64,000 nt of DNA from Candidatus Latescibacterota bacterium (GCA_965208835.1 OZ242358.1:1632001-1696000), one strand, 5' to 3'. Positions 1-11,720 are shown, counted from the stretch's first letter. A program made the numbers and translations. The notes: generated by a model from the letters alone, not told the origin.

Positions 1-660
<660 letters not shown>

Positions 661-700
661 AAAAGCAACGCCTCCGTCAGTTGTGAAGGAGGCCAAAGTA

Positions 701-738
701 AAAAGAAACGCGCCTTTTTTCAAAGGCGCGTTTCTTTT
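701..738. terminator. Bidirectional intrinsic terminator between convergent groEL and moeZ
   Basis: aaaagaaacgcgccttt-tttc-aaaggcgcgtttctttt perfect inverted repeat with A/T tracts. Confidence 0.85.
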
Positions 739-759
739 GTTTGGGATCATCCAGGTGTG

Positions 760-955
760 TTAACCTTTATTCCGCATAAACCATAACGCGGCACCGCGAC
801 AAAAATATCCGAAACGGGCCGAAATGGTCGTCAGGGACGTTTTTTCCGTTCACGTCCAGTGACCGGGTTTATCCTGGTAATCCGCAGTTTAATCGCCTTT
901 ATCAGCTTGTATATATTCGGTTTTACGTCCCCGAAAACATACGAATCATGGTTAA
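760..955. mobile_element. MITE-like repeat family A, copy 1 (196 bp, TTAA-bounded)
   Basis: Aligns along its length with 15638-15835; ends TTAACC...GGTTAA with imperfect ~13-bp inverted repeat; right TTAA overlaps the moeZ stop codon. Confidence 0.8.
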
Positions 956-2130
956 TCGTCCGCGGCTTCGTGTTGCGTCACGCCGCTGCAGAAGGCGACG
1001 TAGTCGATGAGTTCGGTGATTTCGGGGTTGTCGCCACAGACTGGGCAGCCGGGGTCGCGACGGATTTTAAACGTGCGGAAACTCATGGCCAGCGCATCGT
1101 ACATGAGCAGCCTGCCGATAAGCGGTTCACCCTGGCCGAGAATCAGTTTAACGACTTCGGTCGCCTGGATCAACCCAACGGTTCCCGGAAGCACACCCAG
1201 GACACCCGCGTCGGCGCAAGACGGCACCAGTTCCGCGGGCGGGGGCTCGGGATAGAGACAGCGGTAGCACGGACCTTCCAGATCGCAGGGATAGACGGTT
1301 ACCTGCCCCTCGAAACGGAAGATACTTCCGTCTACGATGGGCTTGCGCGCGAAGACGCAGGCGTCGTTTACCATATAGCGCGTGGGAAAGTTGTCGCATC
1401 CGTTCACCACGATGTCATAGTCCGCGATAATGTCCATCACGTTATCGGAACTCAGGTACTCGACATACGGGACCACCTTGCATCCCGGATTCAGGTCCTG
1501 AAGGGTTTCCCTGGCGGAGATGGCCTTCGGCCTGCCCAGGTCGGATGTGCCGTGCAGGATCTGGCGCTGGAGGTTGGTTACGTCGACGACGTCCGCGTCC
1601 ACGATACCCAGGGTGCCGACACCCGCCGCGGCGAGATAGTAGGCCGCGGGACATCCGAGTCCGCCCGCGCCGACCATCAGGACCCTTGCGTCGAGCAGTC
1701 TTCCCTGGCCTTTTTCGCCCACTTCGGGAACCAGCAGATGCCTGGAGTACCGCTGGACTTCGGCCTTGCTGAGCGCCCTGTCCTGTCGAACCGGGTAACC
1801 CGCTTCCACCCAGGCGTCGTAACCGCCCTCGATGCAGTCGACGTTTTCATATCCCATATTCTGCAGATCTCTCGCCGCCAGCGCACCCTGGTTTTCGTCG
1901 CCGTACACAATGATGGCGGTTGAGCGGTCGTTCGCGACGGTCTCGATGCGCAGTTCGAGGAATCCCCGGGAGAGGTTTTGCGCGCCTTCGATATAACCCT
2001 CGGCGTAGTCCTCCCGTTCACGGACGTCGAGCAGCAGCACGCTGTCCAGCCGCTCCCGCGCTTCTTCCGGCGAAATACCCCGGACCTCGCTTCTGACGCT
2101 TACCATCAGGGTTTCAAATGCCGTGCCCAT
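952..2130 (-). CDS. moeB: MoeZ/MoeB-type sulfur-carrier adenylyltransferase with N-terminal rhodanese-like domain
   Basis: RYSRHLL, VGAGGLGCPAAYYLAAAGVG, NLQRQILH, CDNFPTRY, PCYRC and CPVC zinc motifs; N-terminal LLDVRE rhodanese fold. Confidence 0.93.
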   Translation of the reverse strand: MGTAFETLMVSVRSEVRGISPEEARERLDSVLLLDVREREDYAEGYIEGAQNLSRGFLELRIETVANDRSTAIIVYGDENQGALAARDLQNMGYENVDCIEGGYDAWVEAGYPVRQDRALSKAEVQRYSRHLLVPEVGEKGQGRLLDARVLMVGAGGLGCPAAYYLAAAGVGTLGIVDADVVDVTNLQRQILHGTSDLGRPKAISARETLQDLNPGCKVVPYVEYLSSDNVMDIIADYDIVVNGCDNFPTRYMVNDACVFARKPIVDGSIFRFEGQVTVYPCDLEGPCYRCLYPEPPPAELVPSCADAGVLGVLPGTVGLIQATEVVKLILGQGEPLIGRLLMYDALAMSFRTFKIRRDPGCPVCGDNPEITELIDYVAFCSGVTQHEAADD

Positions 2131-2220
2131 AATATTCCCCCCGGCGCAAAGTGGTTGGAATCATGTTCTGGTAATGTATCCAATTCAGGGTCGGAACGCA
2201 AAATTAAATGCGGCATGTAA

Positions 2221-2383
2221 AGGCAGAATAAAAGAAAAAGGAAGAAGGATCAAGAGCCGGGAGACGGAAGAGGTAAGAGGGTAGAGATCGCCTGCCTTGT
2301 ATGGTTTCTTCTCAGGCCGGAGGCATAGAAGAGGAACCGATCGGGTAAGGATTTCTTCTACCGGCTCCCGTCTCACGTCTTCC
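2221..2383. repeat. Degenerate purine-rich heptamer tandem array with an inverted counterpart
   Basis: aaaaagg aagaagg atcaaga gccggga gacggaa gaggtaa gagggta; reverse-strand gacgtga gacggga gccggta near 2354-2383. Confidence 0.45.
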
Positions 2384-2390
2384 CGGTTTT

Positions 2391-3209
2391 TCACGATATC
2401 GTAATTCTCGGTCCAGGCTGCTCGTGGGCGTCGATCTGATCCATGATCATCCGTGCGATTTCGAGGAACGTCCGGGACTCGCCGGATTCACCTGCCGCAA
2501 TCGGATCGCCGGCGTCGCCGCCCATACGTATGGCCGGCAGAATGGGCAGCTGGCCGAGCATCGGGACGTTGAAGGCCTGGGCGATTCGATCGCCGCCGCC
2601 CGCGCCGAAGATCGCCGCGGATTCGCCGCAGCAGGGACAGGTGAATGCACTCATGTTTTCCACGGCGCCCAGGATGGGGACGTCAACCTTGCGGAACATC
2701 TCAACGCTTCGCGTTACGTCTTCCAGGGCAACGTCCTGCGGCGTGGTGACGATCACCGCGCCACTGAGCGGAACGGTCTGGGCGAGAGTGAGTTGTGCGT
2801 CTCCGGTTCCGGGCGGAAGGTCGACAACGAGGAAATCCAGCGCTCCCCATGCCACGTCCGACATGAACTGCTGAATCATCTTTCCCACGATGGGTCCGCG
2901 CCAGATCACAGGAGTGTCCTCTCCCGCGATGAGTCCGAGAGACATCAGTTTCACGCCGTGGTTTTCCAGCGGTATGATCTTCCCTCCTACTGCCCGGGGT
3001 TGCTCCCCGGCGCCCAGCATCATCGGGACATTCGGTCCGTAGATGTCGGCATCGAGCAGGCCGACGTCCTGCCCCTGGCGGGCCAGGGCGACGGAGAGGT
3101 TCACGCTGACGGTGGTCTTTCCCACGCCTCCCTTGCCGCTGGAAACGGCCACAACATGCTTGACGTCGGGGATGGGGCGAGGTTTTGGCATGCCCGGTGG
3201 CATTTGCAT
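2391..3209 (-). CDS. apbC: Mrp/ApbC (NBP35) Fe-S cluster carrier ATPase
   Basis: SSGKGGVGKT, DADIYGPN, PVIWRGP, DLPPGTGD, ENMS-CxxC. Confidence 0.93.
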   Translation of the reverse strand: MQMPPGMPKPRPIPDVKHVVAVSSGKGGVGKTTVSVNLSVALARQGQDVGLLDADIYGPNVPMMLGAGEQPRAVGGKIIPLENHGVKLMSLGLIAGEDTPVIWRGPIVGKMIQQFMSDVAWGALDFLVVDLPPGTGDAQLTLAQTVPLSGAVIVTTPQDVALEDVTRSVEMFRKVDVPILGAVENMSAFTCPCCGESAAIFGAGGGDRIAQAFNVPMLGQLPILPAIRMGGDAGDPIAAGESGESRTFLEIARMIMDQIDAHEQPGPRITIS

Positions 3210-3262
3210 GGGTTCGTTCCTCGAAGGTTGTGGATGTCGTTGGATCTGTATGCCGGTGAAAT

Positions 3263-4441
<1,179 letters not shown>

Positions 4442-4450
4442 ATCAAGAGT

Positions 4451-4540
4451 CGGGTAGAAGGAAAAACGTAGAAGGTAGAAGGAAAAAGGAAGAAGAATTG
4501 CGGGTAGACGGTAGAGGTGAGTCGCGGTAGTGGTGGAAGA
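4451..4540. repeat. Purine-rich heptamer array (GTAGAAG-like)
   Basis: ggtagaaggaaaaacgtagaaggtagaaggaaaaaggaagaag; shares aaaaaggaagaag with the 2221-2290 array. Confidence 0.5.
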
Positions 4541-4553
4541 AACGCCGGTGGCC

Positions 4554-4656
4554 GGGCACCCACAAGGGGTGCCCCTACATAGTCAAATGTCCATGAATTG
4601 AACGCTCTGGGGCTGCGACGAAGTTGCATTTGTAGGGGCGCCCCTTGTGGGCGCCC
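4554..4656. repeat. Inverted pair of GTAG-family REP palindromes (REPIN-like)
   Basis: gggcacccacaaggggtgcccctaca (4554-4579) and tgtaggggcgccccttgtgggcgccc (4631-4656); third copy at 13120-13145. Confidence 0.85.
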
Positions 4657-4666
4657 GCTCTTGACG

Positions 4667-5599
4667 TCAATCTCCTTCAAAAAGCGCTGTCACGAAGGCT
4701 TCCGGGTCGAAGTCACTCAGATCGTCCTGGCCTTCGCCCATGCCGACCATGCTGACGGGGAGGCCGAGTTCGTCGGCGATGGCGATAACCACCCCACCCC
4801 TGGCAGTGCCATCCAGTTTGGCAAGAACAAGGCCGGTAATTCCGATGTCCGCGTGAAACTGCCGGGCCTGCGCGACGGCGTTCTGTCCCGTGGTCGCGTC
4901 CAGGACCAGTAATGTTTCGTGAGGCGCGTCCGGCAGGCATTTGCCCAGGACGCGGCGGATCTTCTTGAGTTCCTCCATCAGGTTGATACTCGTGTGCAGG
5001 CGTCCAGCGGTGTCTATGATGACGACGTCCATATTCCGGGACCGGGCGGCGGCAACGGCGTCGAAGGCCACCGAAGCGGCGTCCGCGCCGGGCCGGTGCC
5101 GAACGATGTCTGCGCCCGAACGTTGGGACCAGATGGAAAGCTGGTCGATCGCGGCGGCCCTGAAGGTGTCGCAGGCGGCCAGGAGCACCCGCTTGCCCTG
5201 CGCGTCGTACCGGCAGGCCAGCTTGCCGATTGTGGTTGTCTTGCCCGATCCGTTGACGCCGGCGACCAGGATGACGTGAGGTCGGGTGGGGGAAGGCTCG
5301 GAGTCCGGGGGCTGGACGGCGCGGAGAATCTCCAGCAGTTCGTCTTCCAGCCGCGCGCGCACCCAGTCTTCCGTCTGATCGGGCGCCGGTTCCTCCCGCA
5401 GGCGCTCGCGAAGACGGTCGATGATCCGCAGTGTCGCATTGACGCCCACGTCGGCCCGGATCAGGACTTCCTCGATCTCCTCGAGGGCATCCTCATCCAG
5501 TCCGGGGCTGCGCCGCAGGACTTCGCGGATTTTTTCGGACAGCCCCTCCCGGGTCTTTGAGAGACCCTGTTTGAATCTTTCCAGAAAACTTCCAGGCAT
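4667..5599 (-). CDS. ftsY: Signal recognition particle receptor FtsY
   Basis: GVNGSGKTTT, DTFRAAA, DTAGR, KLDGTARGG; start moved to ATG 5599 behind GAGGAG RBS. Confidence 0.96.
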   Translation of the reverse strand: MPGSFLERFKQGLSKTREGLSEKIREVLRRSPGLDEDALEEIEEVLIRADVGVNATLRIIDRLRERLREEPAPDQTEDWVRARLEDELLEILRAVQPPDSEPSPTRPHVILVAGVNGSGKTTTIGKLACRYDAQGKRVLLAACDTFRAAAIDQLSIWSQRSGADIVRHRPGADAASVAFDAVAAARSRNMDVVIIDTAGRLHTSINLMEELKKIRRVLGKCLPDAPHETLLVLDATTGQNAVAQARQFHADIGITGLVLAKLDGTARGGVVIAIADELGLPVSMVGMGEGQDDLSDFDPEAFVTALFEGD

Positions 5600-5694
5600 G
5601 CTGCCGGCGGCTCCTCGTGCGGCGCTCGGGGTCGACCCGCGAACGGGCATAATCAGAAAGGGCACGGCGCGCCGTGCCCCAGGGCGGATTCTAC

Positions 5695-5840
5695 CAGCCC
5701 GTTGAATGAGCCCATCCGGGCTACGGCCGGCCCTTGCGGTCGAAATACTGCGTTGCGCTCAATCGCCGAATCGCAGGTTGGGACCAGGTTGCACGCCTTG
5801 TCTTCGGCCTCGCCTGCAGAGCGACTTTATCAACGGCCTG
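5695..5840. mobile_element. MITE family B, copy 1 (146 bp) with 4-bp target duplication
   Basis: Ends cagcccgttga / tcaacggcctg; flanked on both sides by CTAC (5691-5694, 5841-5844); inverted copy at 51131-51276. Confidence 0.88.
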
Positions 5841-5859
5841 CTACGGTGGTGGTCTGCCG

Positions 5860-6765
5860 TCAGTAAGACGATTCCCGGAGGAGGTCCAGAATGCGCTCCA
5901 GGTCGTCGTCTGTATAGAACTCGATTTCGATTTTTCCCTTTTTCCCGCGGCGGTTGATATTCACACCTGTGCCGAACCGGCGTTGCAGGTCCTCTTCAAG
6001 CGACACGATCTGGGGGTCTTTGCTCCGGGGCAGAGGTCGGGCGGGCTCACGGCGCCCTTCCCTGTCTGCCTTGACAAGGTTTTCAACCTGCCTGACCGAG
6101 AGGCCGTCCGAGATGATTCTCCTGCAGAGATTCGTCTGCAGCCGGTCGTCTGCCAGACCCAGCAAAGCACGGGCGTGGCCCATGGAGATCTGTTGGTTCT
6201 GCAGGGCGTTTCTGACTTCTTCCGCCAGGTGCAGCAGGCGCAGCGTGTTGGTAACGGTGGACCTGTTCTTGCCGACCTTCTGCGCCACCTCTTCCTGAGT
6301 CAGGAAACAGGTTTCCATCAGAGCCCTGTAGGCCCTGGCTTCTTCAATCGGATTCAGGTCTTCCCGCTGCACGTTTTCGATCAGGGAGATTTCCATCATC
6401 TCCTGATCTGATCCCACGTCAAGAATTATGGCGGGCACAGTCTCAAGCGCCGCCTCTCTCGCGGCGCGGAGGCGGCGCTCGCCCGCGATGAGCTGATATC
6501 CTGCCCCGCGGCGGCGAACAACGACGGGCTGGATGACCCCTTTTTCCCTGATTGAATCCGCCAATTCCCGGACAGCTTCCGGGTCGAACTCCTCCCGGGG
6601 CTGGTGCGTGTTTGGCTGGAGGTCTCCCACCGCAATGTCGAGTATGCGCCCCGCCGGCCGGCTGTCGCCGGTCGCCGTTGAACCCGCGGTCGGTTCCAGC
6701 GCTGAATCGTCCGCGCCGGGAATCAGGGCGCCGAGGCCTCTGCCGAGGGCGTTACGCTTGGCCAT
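5860..6765 (-). CDS. parB: Chromosome partitioning protein ParB/Spo0J
   Basis: LGRGLGALI, QPR, GVIQP, LIAGERRLRA, ENVQREDLNPIEEA, HTH. Confidence 0.97.
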   Translation of the reverse strand: MAKRNALGRGLGALIPGADDSALEPTAGSTATGDSRPAGRILDIAVGDLQPNTHQPREEFDPEAVRELADSIREKGVIQPVVVRRRGAGYQLIAGERRLRAAREAALETVPAIILDVGSDQEMMEISLIENVQREDLNPIEEARAYRALMETCFLTQEEVAQKVGKNRSTVTNTLRLLHLAEEVRNALQNQQISMGHARALLGLADDRLQTNLCRRIISDGLSVRQVENLVKADREGRREPARPLPRSKDPQIVSLEEDLQRRFGTGVNINRRGKKGKIEIEFYTDDDLERILDLLRESSY

Positions 6766-7519
6766 GGTTGATTACCTCCCCAGCAAGGCTCATGTAATTC
6801 CTGGCTCCTGGCGACATAATGTCGTATGAGATGATGGGCTGGCCAAAACTTGGCGCTTCGCCGAGTTTGACGTTTCGACCGATGATGGTGTTGTAAACGC
6901 GATCTCCGAAGTGGTGTCGGGCTTCGTCCACGACCTGCCTGGAGAGATTGAGTCGGGTGTCGAACATTGTGAGCAGTACGCCTTCGATTCTGAGCGGAGG
7001 ATTCAGATGGCGCTGGACCAGCCGCAGCGTATTCAGCAACTTTCCCACACCCTCCAGGGCATAATACTCGCACTGTATCGGAATGAGGACGGAGCCGGCG
7101 GCGGTGAGTGCGTTGAGGGTCAGCAGCCCCAGGGATGGCGGACAATCTATCAGCAGGAATTCGTAGCTTTCGCCTGCGCTCTCCAGCGCAACCCGCAGCC
7201 GGTGTTCACGGGCTCCAAGGTTCACCATCTCGACTTCCGCCCCGGTGAGGCGCACGTGCGAGGGGGCCACGTTCAGATAGGGAATCTCGGTTTCCCGGGT
7301 GATGTCGGAAAGCGGGTGTTCCTGGAGGAGTACCTCGTAGATGCAGGGGTCCTCTCGAGTCACCGATACACCGAAACTGCTGGTAGCGTTCGACTGCGGG
7401 TCGAGGTCTATGAGAAGGGTCTTCTTTTCCGCGGCCGCCAGGCAGGCGGAGAGGTTGACCGCTGTGGTGGTCTTGCCGACGCCGCCTTTCTGGTTGGCAA
7501 TGGCGATGATTCTTGGCAT
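6752..7519 (-). CDS. parA: Chromosome partitioning ATPase ParA/Soj
   Basis: NQKGGVGKTTT, DLDPQSNAT, DCPPSLG, QCEYYALEG. Confidence 0.97.
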   Translation of the reverse strand: MPRIIAIANQKGGVGKTTTAVNLSACLAAAEKKTLLIDLDPQSNATSSFGVSVTREDPCIYEVLLQEHPLSDITRETEIPYLNVAPSHVRLTGAEVEMVNLGAREHRLRVALESAGESYEFLLIDCPPSLGLLTLNALTAAGSVLIPIQCEYYALEGVGKLLNTLRLVQRHLNPPLRIEGVLLTMFDTRLNLSRQVVDEARHHFGDRVYNTIIGRNVKLGEAPSFGQPIISYDIMSPGARNYMSLAGEVINHGQA

Positions 7520-7566
7520 ATATGGAAGACCCCGTTCGGCGCCGCGCTGCTGTTTTTCGAACTGGG

Positions 7567-10221
7567 CTATTCAATGGCCGCCTGGGCGGCGGCCAGACGG
7601 GCGATAGGCACCCGGTATGGCGAGCAGGAGACGTAGTCGAGGCCGACACGGTGGCAGAACTTCACGGAGTCAGGATCGCCGCCGTGTTCGCCGCAGATGC
7701 CCACCTTGAGTGAGTCGCGCGCCGATCGCCCCCGTTCCGTTCCGATGATCACCAGTTGTCCCACGCCCTCCTGGTCAATGGTCAGGAACGGGTCCTGTTC
7801 GAGGATGCCCTGTTCGATGTAGGCGGGCAGGAATTTGCCGGCGTCGTCGCGCGAAAAACCGAAAGTCATCTGCGTGAGGTCATTCGTGCCGAAGCTGAAA
7901 AAGTCAGCGGACTTCGCTATGGCGTCGGCCACGAGCGCCGCGCGGGGGATCTCGACCATCGTGCCGACCAGATAGTCGATCTTGATCCTGCCCCCACCCA
8001 GGACCTCGTCGGCGACACGGTCAACCATCTCGCGGAGTTCGGTGAATTCATTTACGGTTCCAACCAGGGGGATCATGATCTCGGGCAAGATCCTGATTCT
8101 TCGCTTTCGCACGTTGACAGCCGCTTCGAAGATTGCCCGCGCCTGCATTTCGTAGATCTCGGGGTAGGTGACGCCAAGCCGGCAGCCCCGATGGCCCAGC
8201 ATGGGGTTGAATTCATGCAGGCTCTGGACCTTTTTCCGAATGGTACCAAGCGGAACGCCCATCTGGCGCGCCATTTCGTGCTGCTGTTCGGGCTCGTGCG
8301 GAAGAAACTCATGGAGGGGCGGATCGAGCAGGCGAATGGTAACCGGGTACCCTCTCATGGCCCTGAAAATGCCTTCAAAGTCACCGCGCTGGATCGGCAG
8401 GAGCTTATCGAGCGCTTTCCTTCGTCCGGACTCGTCGGCTGCAAGAATCATCTCCCGCACCGCCAGGATGCGGTCCCCTTCAAAGAACATGTGCTCCGTG
8501 CGGCACAGGCCGATACCTTCCGCGCCGAACTTCCGGGCAATCTCCGAATCCTGCGGTGTATCCGCATTGGTGCGGACATCCAGCCGCTTGATCTCTTCCG
8601 CCCACTTCATGACGGTACTGAAGTGCCCCGATAACTTTGGATTCAGGGTGGGCACTCGGCCCAGCATGACTTCGCCCGTCGAGCCGTCGAGCGAAATCCA
8701 GTCGCCTGCCTTGACGGTTGTGCCATCGACCGTAAACAGGTCGCTATTGTAATCGATTGTGAGCGCTCCGCATCCCGCCACGCAGCACTTGCCCATCCCG
8801 CGCGCCACCACGGCGGCGTGACTGGTCTGGCCGCCGCGGGCGGTCAGGATGCCCCTGGCGGCGTTCATACCGCCGATGTCTTCGGGCGACGTCTCCAGGC
8901 GGACGAGGATGACCGCTTCCCCGTCTGCGGCCATCGTCTCCGCATCGTCGGCCGTGAAAACCGCCCTGCCTGAGGCCGCGCCGGGCGAAGCGGGAAGCCC
9001 GGTCGCCAGGACTTCTCTCGGCGCCTCGGGGTCGAAAGTGGGATGCAGGAGGTGGTCGAGCTGCGCCGGGTCGATTCGCGCGATCGCTTCCTCTCTGGTA
9101 ATAAGCCCCTCTTTCACCATGTCGACCGCTATTTTCAGCGCAGACGCCGCGGTGCGCTTTCCCGTCCGGGTCTGCAACATCCAGAGTTCACCTTCCTGGA
9201 CGGTAAACTCGATGTCCTGCATTTCGCGATAGTGCAGTTCCAGTTTTTTGTAGATCTGTTCGAGGGTCCTGTAGGCATGTGGCAGTTGCCGTCTCATCTT
9301 CGCCACCGGCTCAGGCGTCCGGACCCCGGCCACGACGTCTTCGCCCTGGGCGTTGACCAGGTATTCGCCGTAGAACTTCCTCGCGCCCGTGGACGGGTCG
9401 CGTGTAAATGCCACCCCCGTAGCACAGTCGTCGCCCATATTGCCGTAGACCATGGATTGCACGTTGACGGCGGTTCCCCAGTTATGGGGGATATCGTTTA
9501 TGTTTCGGTAGACGATTGCGCGGTGGCCGTTCCATGAGTCGAATACGGCGTTTACGCTTCCCCAAAGTTGCTCCATGGGGCTCTCGGGAAAGGAACGGCC
9601 GGTGCGGTCTCTGACAATGTCCTTGAAAACGTCGACGAGTTCGCGAAGGTCGTTGGAGGTGAGGTCGGTATCCAGCGTGATGCCTCGCCTGGCCTTTACG
9701 ACGTCGATCGCGGCTTCGAAGGGATCATGTTCACGATCTTCGGGCTGTATCCCCATCACAACGTCGCCGTAGGTCTGAATGAAACGGCGGTAGACGTCCC
9801 AGACGAAGCGCTCATTGCCGGATTTCGCAATCAGCCCCTCGGAAATCCGGTCGTTCAGGCCGAGGTTCAGAACGGTTTCCATCATCCCCGGCATGGAGAC
9901 GCGGGCCCCCGACCGCACGGAGACGAGCAGTGGATTGCCAGGATCGCCGAACCGCCCGCCCATCGCCTCCTCGACTTTTCTCAGATTCGATACAACCTGG
10001 CTCTCGAGCGTTTCAGGGTGGTTCTTTTCGTGGCTGTAATAATAGGTGCACACGTCCGTGGTGATGGTGAAACCGGCGGGGACGGGAATTCCAATCAGAG
10101 ACATTTCAGCAAGGTTTGCGCCCTTCCCGCCCAGCAAGTTGCGCTGGTGACCGTCACCGTCGGCCTTGCCGCCGCCGAAGAAATAGACGCACTTCTCAGA
10201 TTTCGAAAGCTGCTCCGACAT
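7567..10221 (-). CDS. ppdK: Pyruvate, phosphate dikinase
   Basis: LGGKGANLAEM, SVRSGARVSMPGMM, GGQTSHAAVVARG, GLCRTEHMF, GICGEHGG. Confidence 0.98.
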   Translation of the reverse strand: MSEQLSKSEKCVYFFGGGKADGDGHQRNLLGGKGANLAEMSLIGIPVPAGFTITTDVCTYYYSHEKNHPETLESQVVSNLRKVEEAMGGRFGDPGNPLLVSVRSGARVSMPGMMETVLNLGLNDRISEGLIAKSGNERFVWDVYRRFIQTYGDVVMGIQPEDREHDPFEAAIDVVKARRGITLDTDLTSNDLRELVDVFKDIVRDRTGRSFPESPMEQLWGSVNAVFDSWNGHRAIVYRNINDIPHNWGTAVNVQSMVYGNMGDDCATGVAFTRDPSTGARKFYGEYLVNAQGEDVVAGVRTPEPVAKMRRQLPHAYRTLEQIYKKLELHYREMQDIEFTVQEGELWMLQTRTGKRTAASALKIAVDMVKEGLITREEAIARIDPAQLDHLLHPTFDPEAPREVLATGLPASPGAASGRAVFTADDAETMAADGEAVILVRLETSPEDIGGMNAARGILTARGGQTSHAAVVARGMGKCCVAGCGALTIDYNSDLFTVDGTTVKAGDWISLDGSTGEVMLGRVPTLNPKLSGHFSTVMKWAEEIKRLDVRTNADTPQDSEIARKFGAEGIGLCRTEHMFFEGDRILAVREMILAADESGRRKALDKLLPIQRGDFEGIFRAMRGYPVTIRLLDPPLHEFLPHEPEQQHEMARQMGVPLGTIRKKVQSLHEFNPMLGHRGCRLGVTYPEIYEMQARAIFEAAVNVRKRRIRILPEIMIPLVGTVNEFTELREMVDRVADEVLGGGRIKIDYLVGTMVEIPRAALVADAIAKSADFFSFGTNDLTQMTFGFSRDDAGKFLPAYIEQGILEQDPFLTIDQEGVGQLVIIGTERGRSARDSLKVGICGEHGGDPDSVKFCHRVGLDYVSCSPYRVPIARLAAAQAAIE

Positions 10222-10241
10222 GTTGTTCCTCTTGTAATCTG

Positions 10242-11480
10242 TCAGGGTTTCCGCTCCAATGCGGTTCCACGGCCCGAATCGGCCGAACTAGCGCTAGGGG
10301 ATGATGGGGTCGTGATCAGCGTGTCCGACGCCGTTCGAAGGGGCCTGAGAGGTTGTGCACCGTCATGTCCGGTGGGATCACTCAGTTCCGCACGACTGGC
10401 CTGGACCACATCGCGGTCTTCGATATTCAACAGGGTTTTCAGGATGCTTCGCCTGCCCACGATAATGCGCAGGTCCGCGGTGGAGCCGTATTTGAGCGGC
10501 AACGGGGTTTTCAGAATGCGAATTTCCAATTCGAACGTGCGGACGCCGCCGCCGTGTACCGCATATCCGTAGAACCTGGAGATTTCGCCGGCGCCGACGA
10601 ATTCCTCGCGGTCGGTGAAAAGATTGCTGAGGATTTCGACGGGGTGTCCCAGGCGGATCTTCCAGGCGTTGGTTTCAGGAACCCACGCGTCGATTGTATC
10701 GTCTCCGCCTTCGCCGGCAATGATGAGTACGATCTGGCCCTGTTCGGCCAGCATGCCAGGATGGAGGTCCCGCCTGGCCACGGTACCGTTCACGGGCGAT
10801 CGAAGGGTGGTCAGTTCCAGGCTTTCCCGGGCGGCCTTCAAACCGTTTCGCGCTTTGTCCAGCGCGGCCGCGGCCCGTCGAACCTCGGCCGCCGCCTGTC
10901 TGAGCTCCGCCGGCGACGCACCGCGCCGGGTGAGGTTGAGAACCTCCGTTGCGACCTTCAGGTTGGTTTCCGCGAGTTGATGGTTGGTCTTTGCGCGTTC
11001 GAGTTCCTCAACGCTCCAAAGCCGCTCCCCCAGGTAGAGGTGTTCGGCCCGCTGCAGTTCCTGCTTGCGGGCCTTAAGCGCAATCAGAGCCTGTTCGACC
11101 CTGGATTCCGCGATTTTCAACGCTTCGGCCGTGGGCTTTTCTTTCAACAGCGCCAGATTGGCCTGGGCGTGTTCCAGATTGGCTTCACCGCGCTGGACCT
11201 CCTTTCCGGCCGCCTCGACCGCGGAAAGAAGGTCGCCATTGTAGAGCTGGACCACCGGCTGTCCGGCCTTCACGGCCTGTCCAGCCTCGCAATGGATGGC
11301 TTTGATGACCCGCTTCAAAGGCGAATCGATATAAATCTTCGTCCCGGGCTCGACGATGCCCTGAGCCATGACGACGTCGTCTATTTCAATAAGCGACAGC
11401 GTAAGAATAACAGCCGCCAGCACACCCCCGATCCACAGCATCCACTTCAACACGCGGTGCCTGCGTCGCCTGCGCATCAT
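10242..11480 (-). CDS. HlyD-family periplasmic adaptor (membrane fusion) protein, no partner transporter nearby
   Basis: N-terminal TM helix, lipoyl-like GQAVKAGQ half-motif, long coiled coil, LRSPVNGTV. Confidence 0.8.
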   Translation of the reverse strand: MMRRRRRHRVLKWMLWIGGVLAAVILTLSLIEIDDVVMAQGIVEPGTKIYIDSPLKRVIKAIHCEAGQAVKAGQPVVQLYNGDLLSAVEAAGKEVQRGEANLEHAQANLALLKEKPTAEALKIAESRVEQALIALKARKQELQRAEHLYLGERLWSVEELERAKTNHQLAETNLKVATEVLNLTRRGASPAELRQAAAEVRRAAAALDKARNGLKAARESLELTTLRSPVNGTVARRDLHPGMLAEQGQIVLIIAGEGGDDTIDAWVPETNAWKIRLGHPVEILSNLFTDREEFVGAGEISRFYGYAVHGGGVRTFELEIRILKTPLPLKYGSTADLRIIVGRRSILKTLLNIEDRDVVQASRAELSDPTGHDGAQPLRPLRTASDTLITTPSSPSASSADSGRGTALERKP

Positions 11481-11497
11481 TACGGAAACCCTTTTCC

Positions 11498-11526
11498 TTG
11501 ACAGGGGAGAATGGCTTGTCTATATT
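11498..11526 (+). promoter_or_regulatory. Sigma70 promoter for tRNA-Lys
   Basis: TTGACA-17 bp-TATATT, 55 bp upstream of the tRNA. Confidence 0.8.
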
Positions 11527-11580
11527 CATCACTTTGCCCGATCGTGTACTGGTCTTCACAGTTTGATTCGGGAACCGAAT

Positions 11581-11652
11581 GGGCCCGTAGCTCAGGGGTA
11601 GAGCAGCGGCCTTTTAAGCCGTTGGTCGAAGGTTCAAATCCTTCCGGGCTCA
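11581..11652 (+). tRNA. tRNA-Lys (anticodon TTT); CCA not encoded
   Basis: Acceptor gggcccg/cgggctc+A, D-arm gctc..gagc, anticodon loop CTTTTAA, T-loop GTTCAAATC. Confidence 0.97.
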
Positions 11653-11685
11653 TTTAACTTTCAAAAAATAAATAACTTGTATTAT

Positions 11686-11720
11686 AAAACGGCCCGGATC
11701 GAAACCGATCGGGCTTTTTT
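11686..11720 (+). terminator. Intrinsic terminator after tRNA-Lys
   Basis: gcccggatcg-aaac-cgatcgggc followed by T6. Confidence 0.75.

Noticed and set aside
5860-7519. parS site or replication origin near parAB
   Set aside because: No TGTTTCACGTGAAACA-like palindrome or DnaA-box cluster noticed
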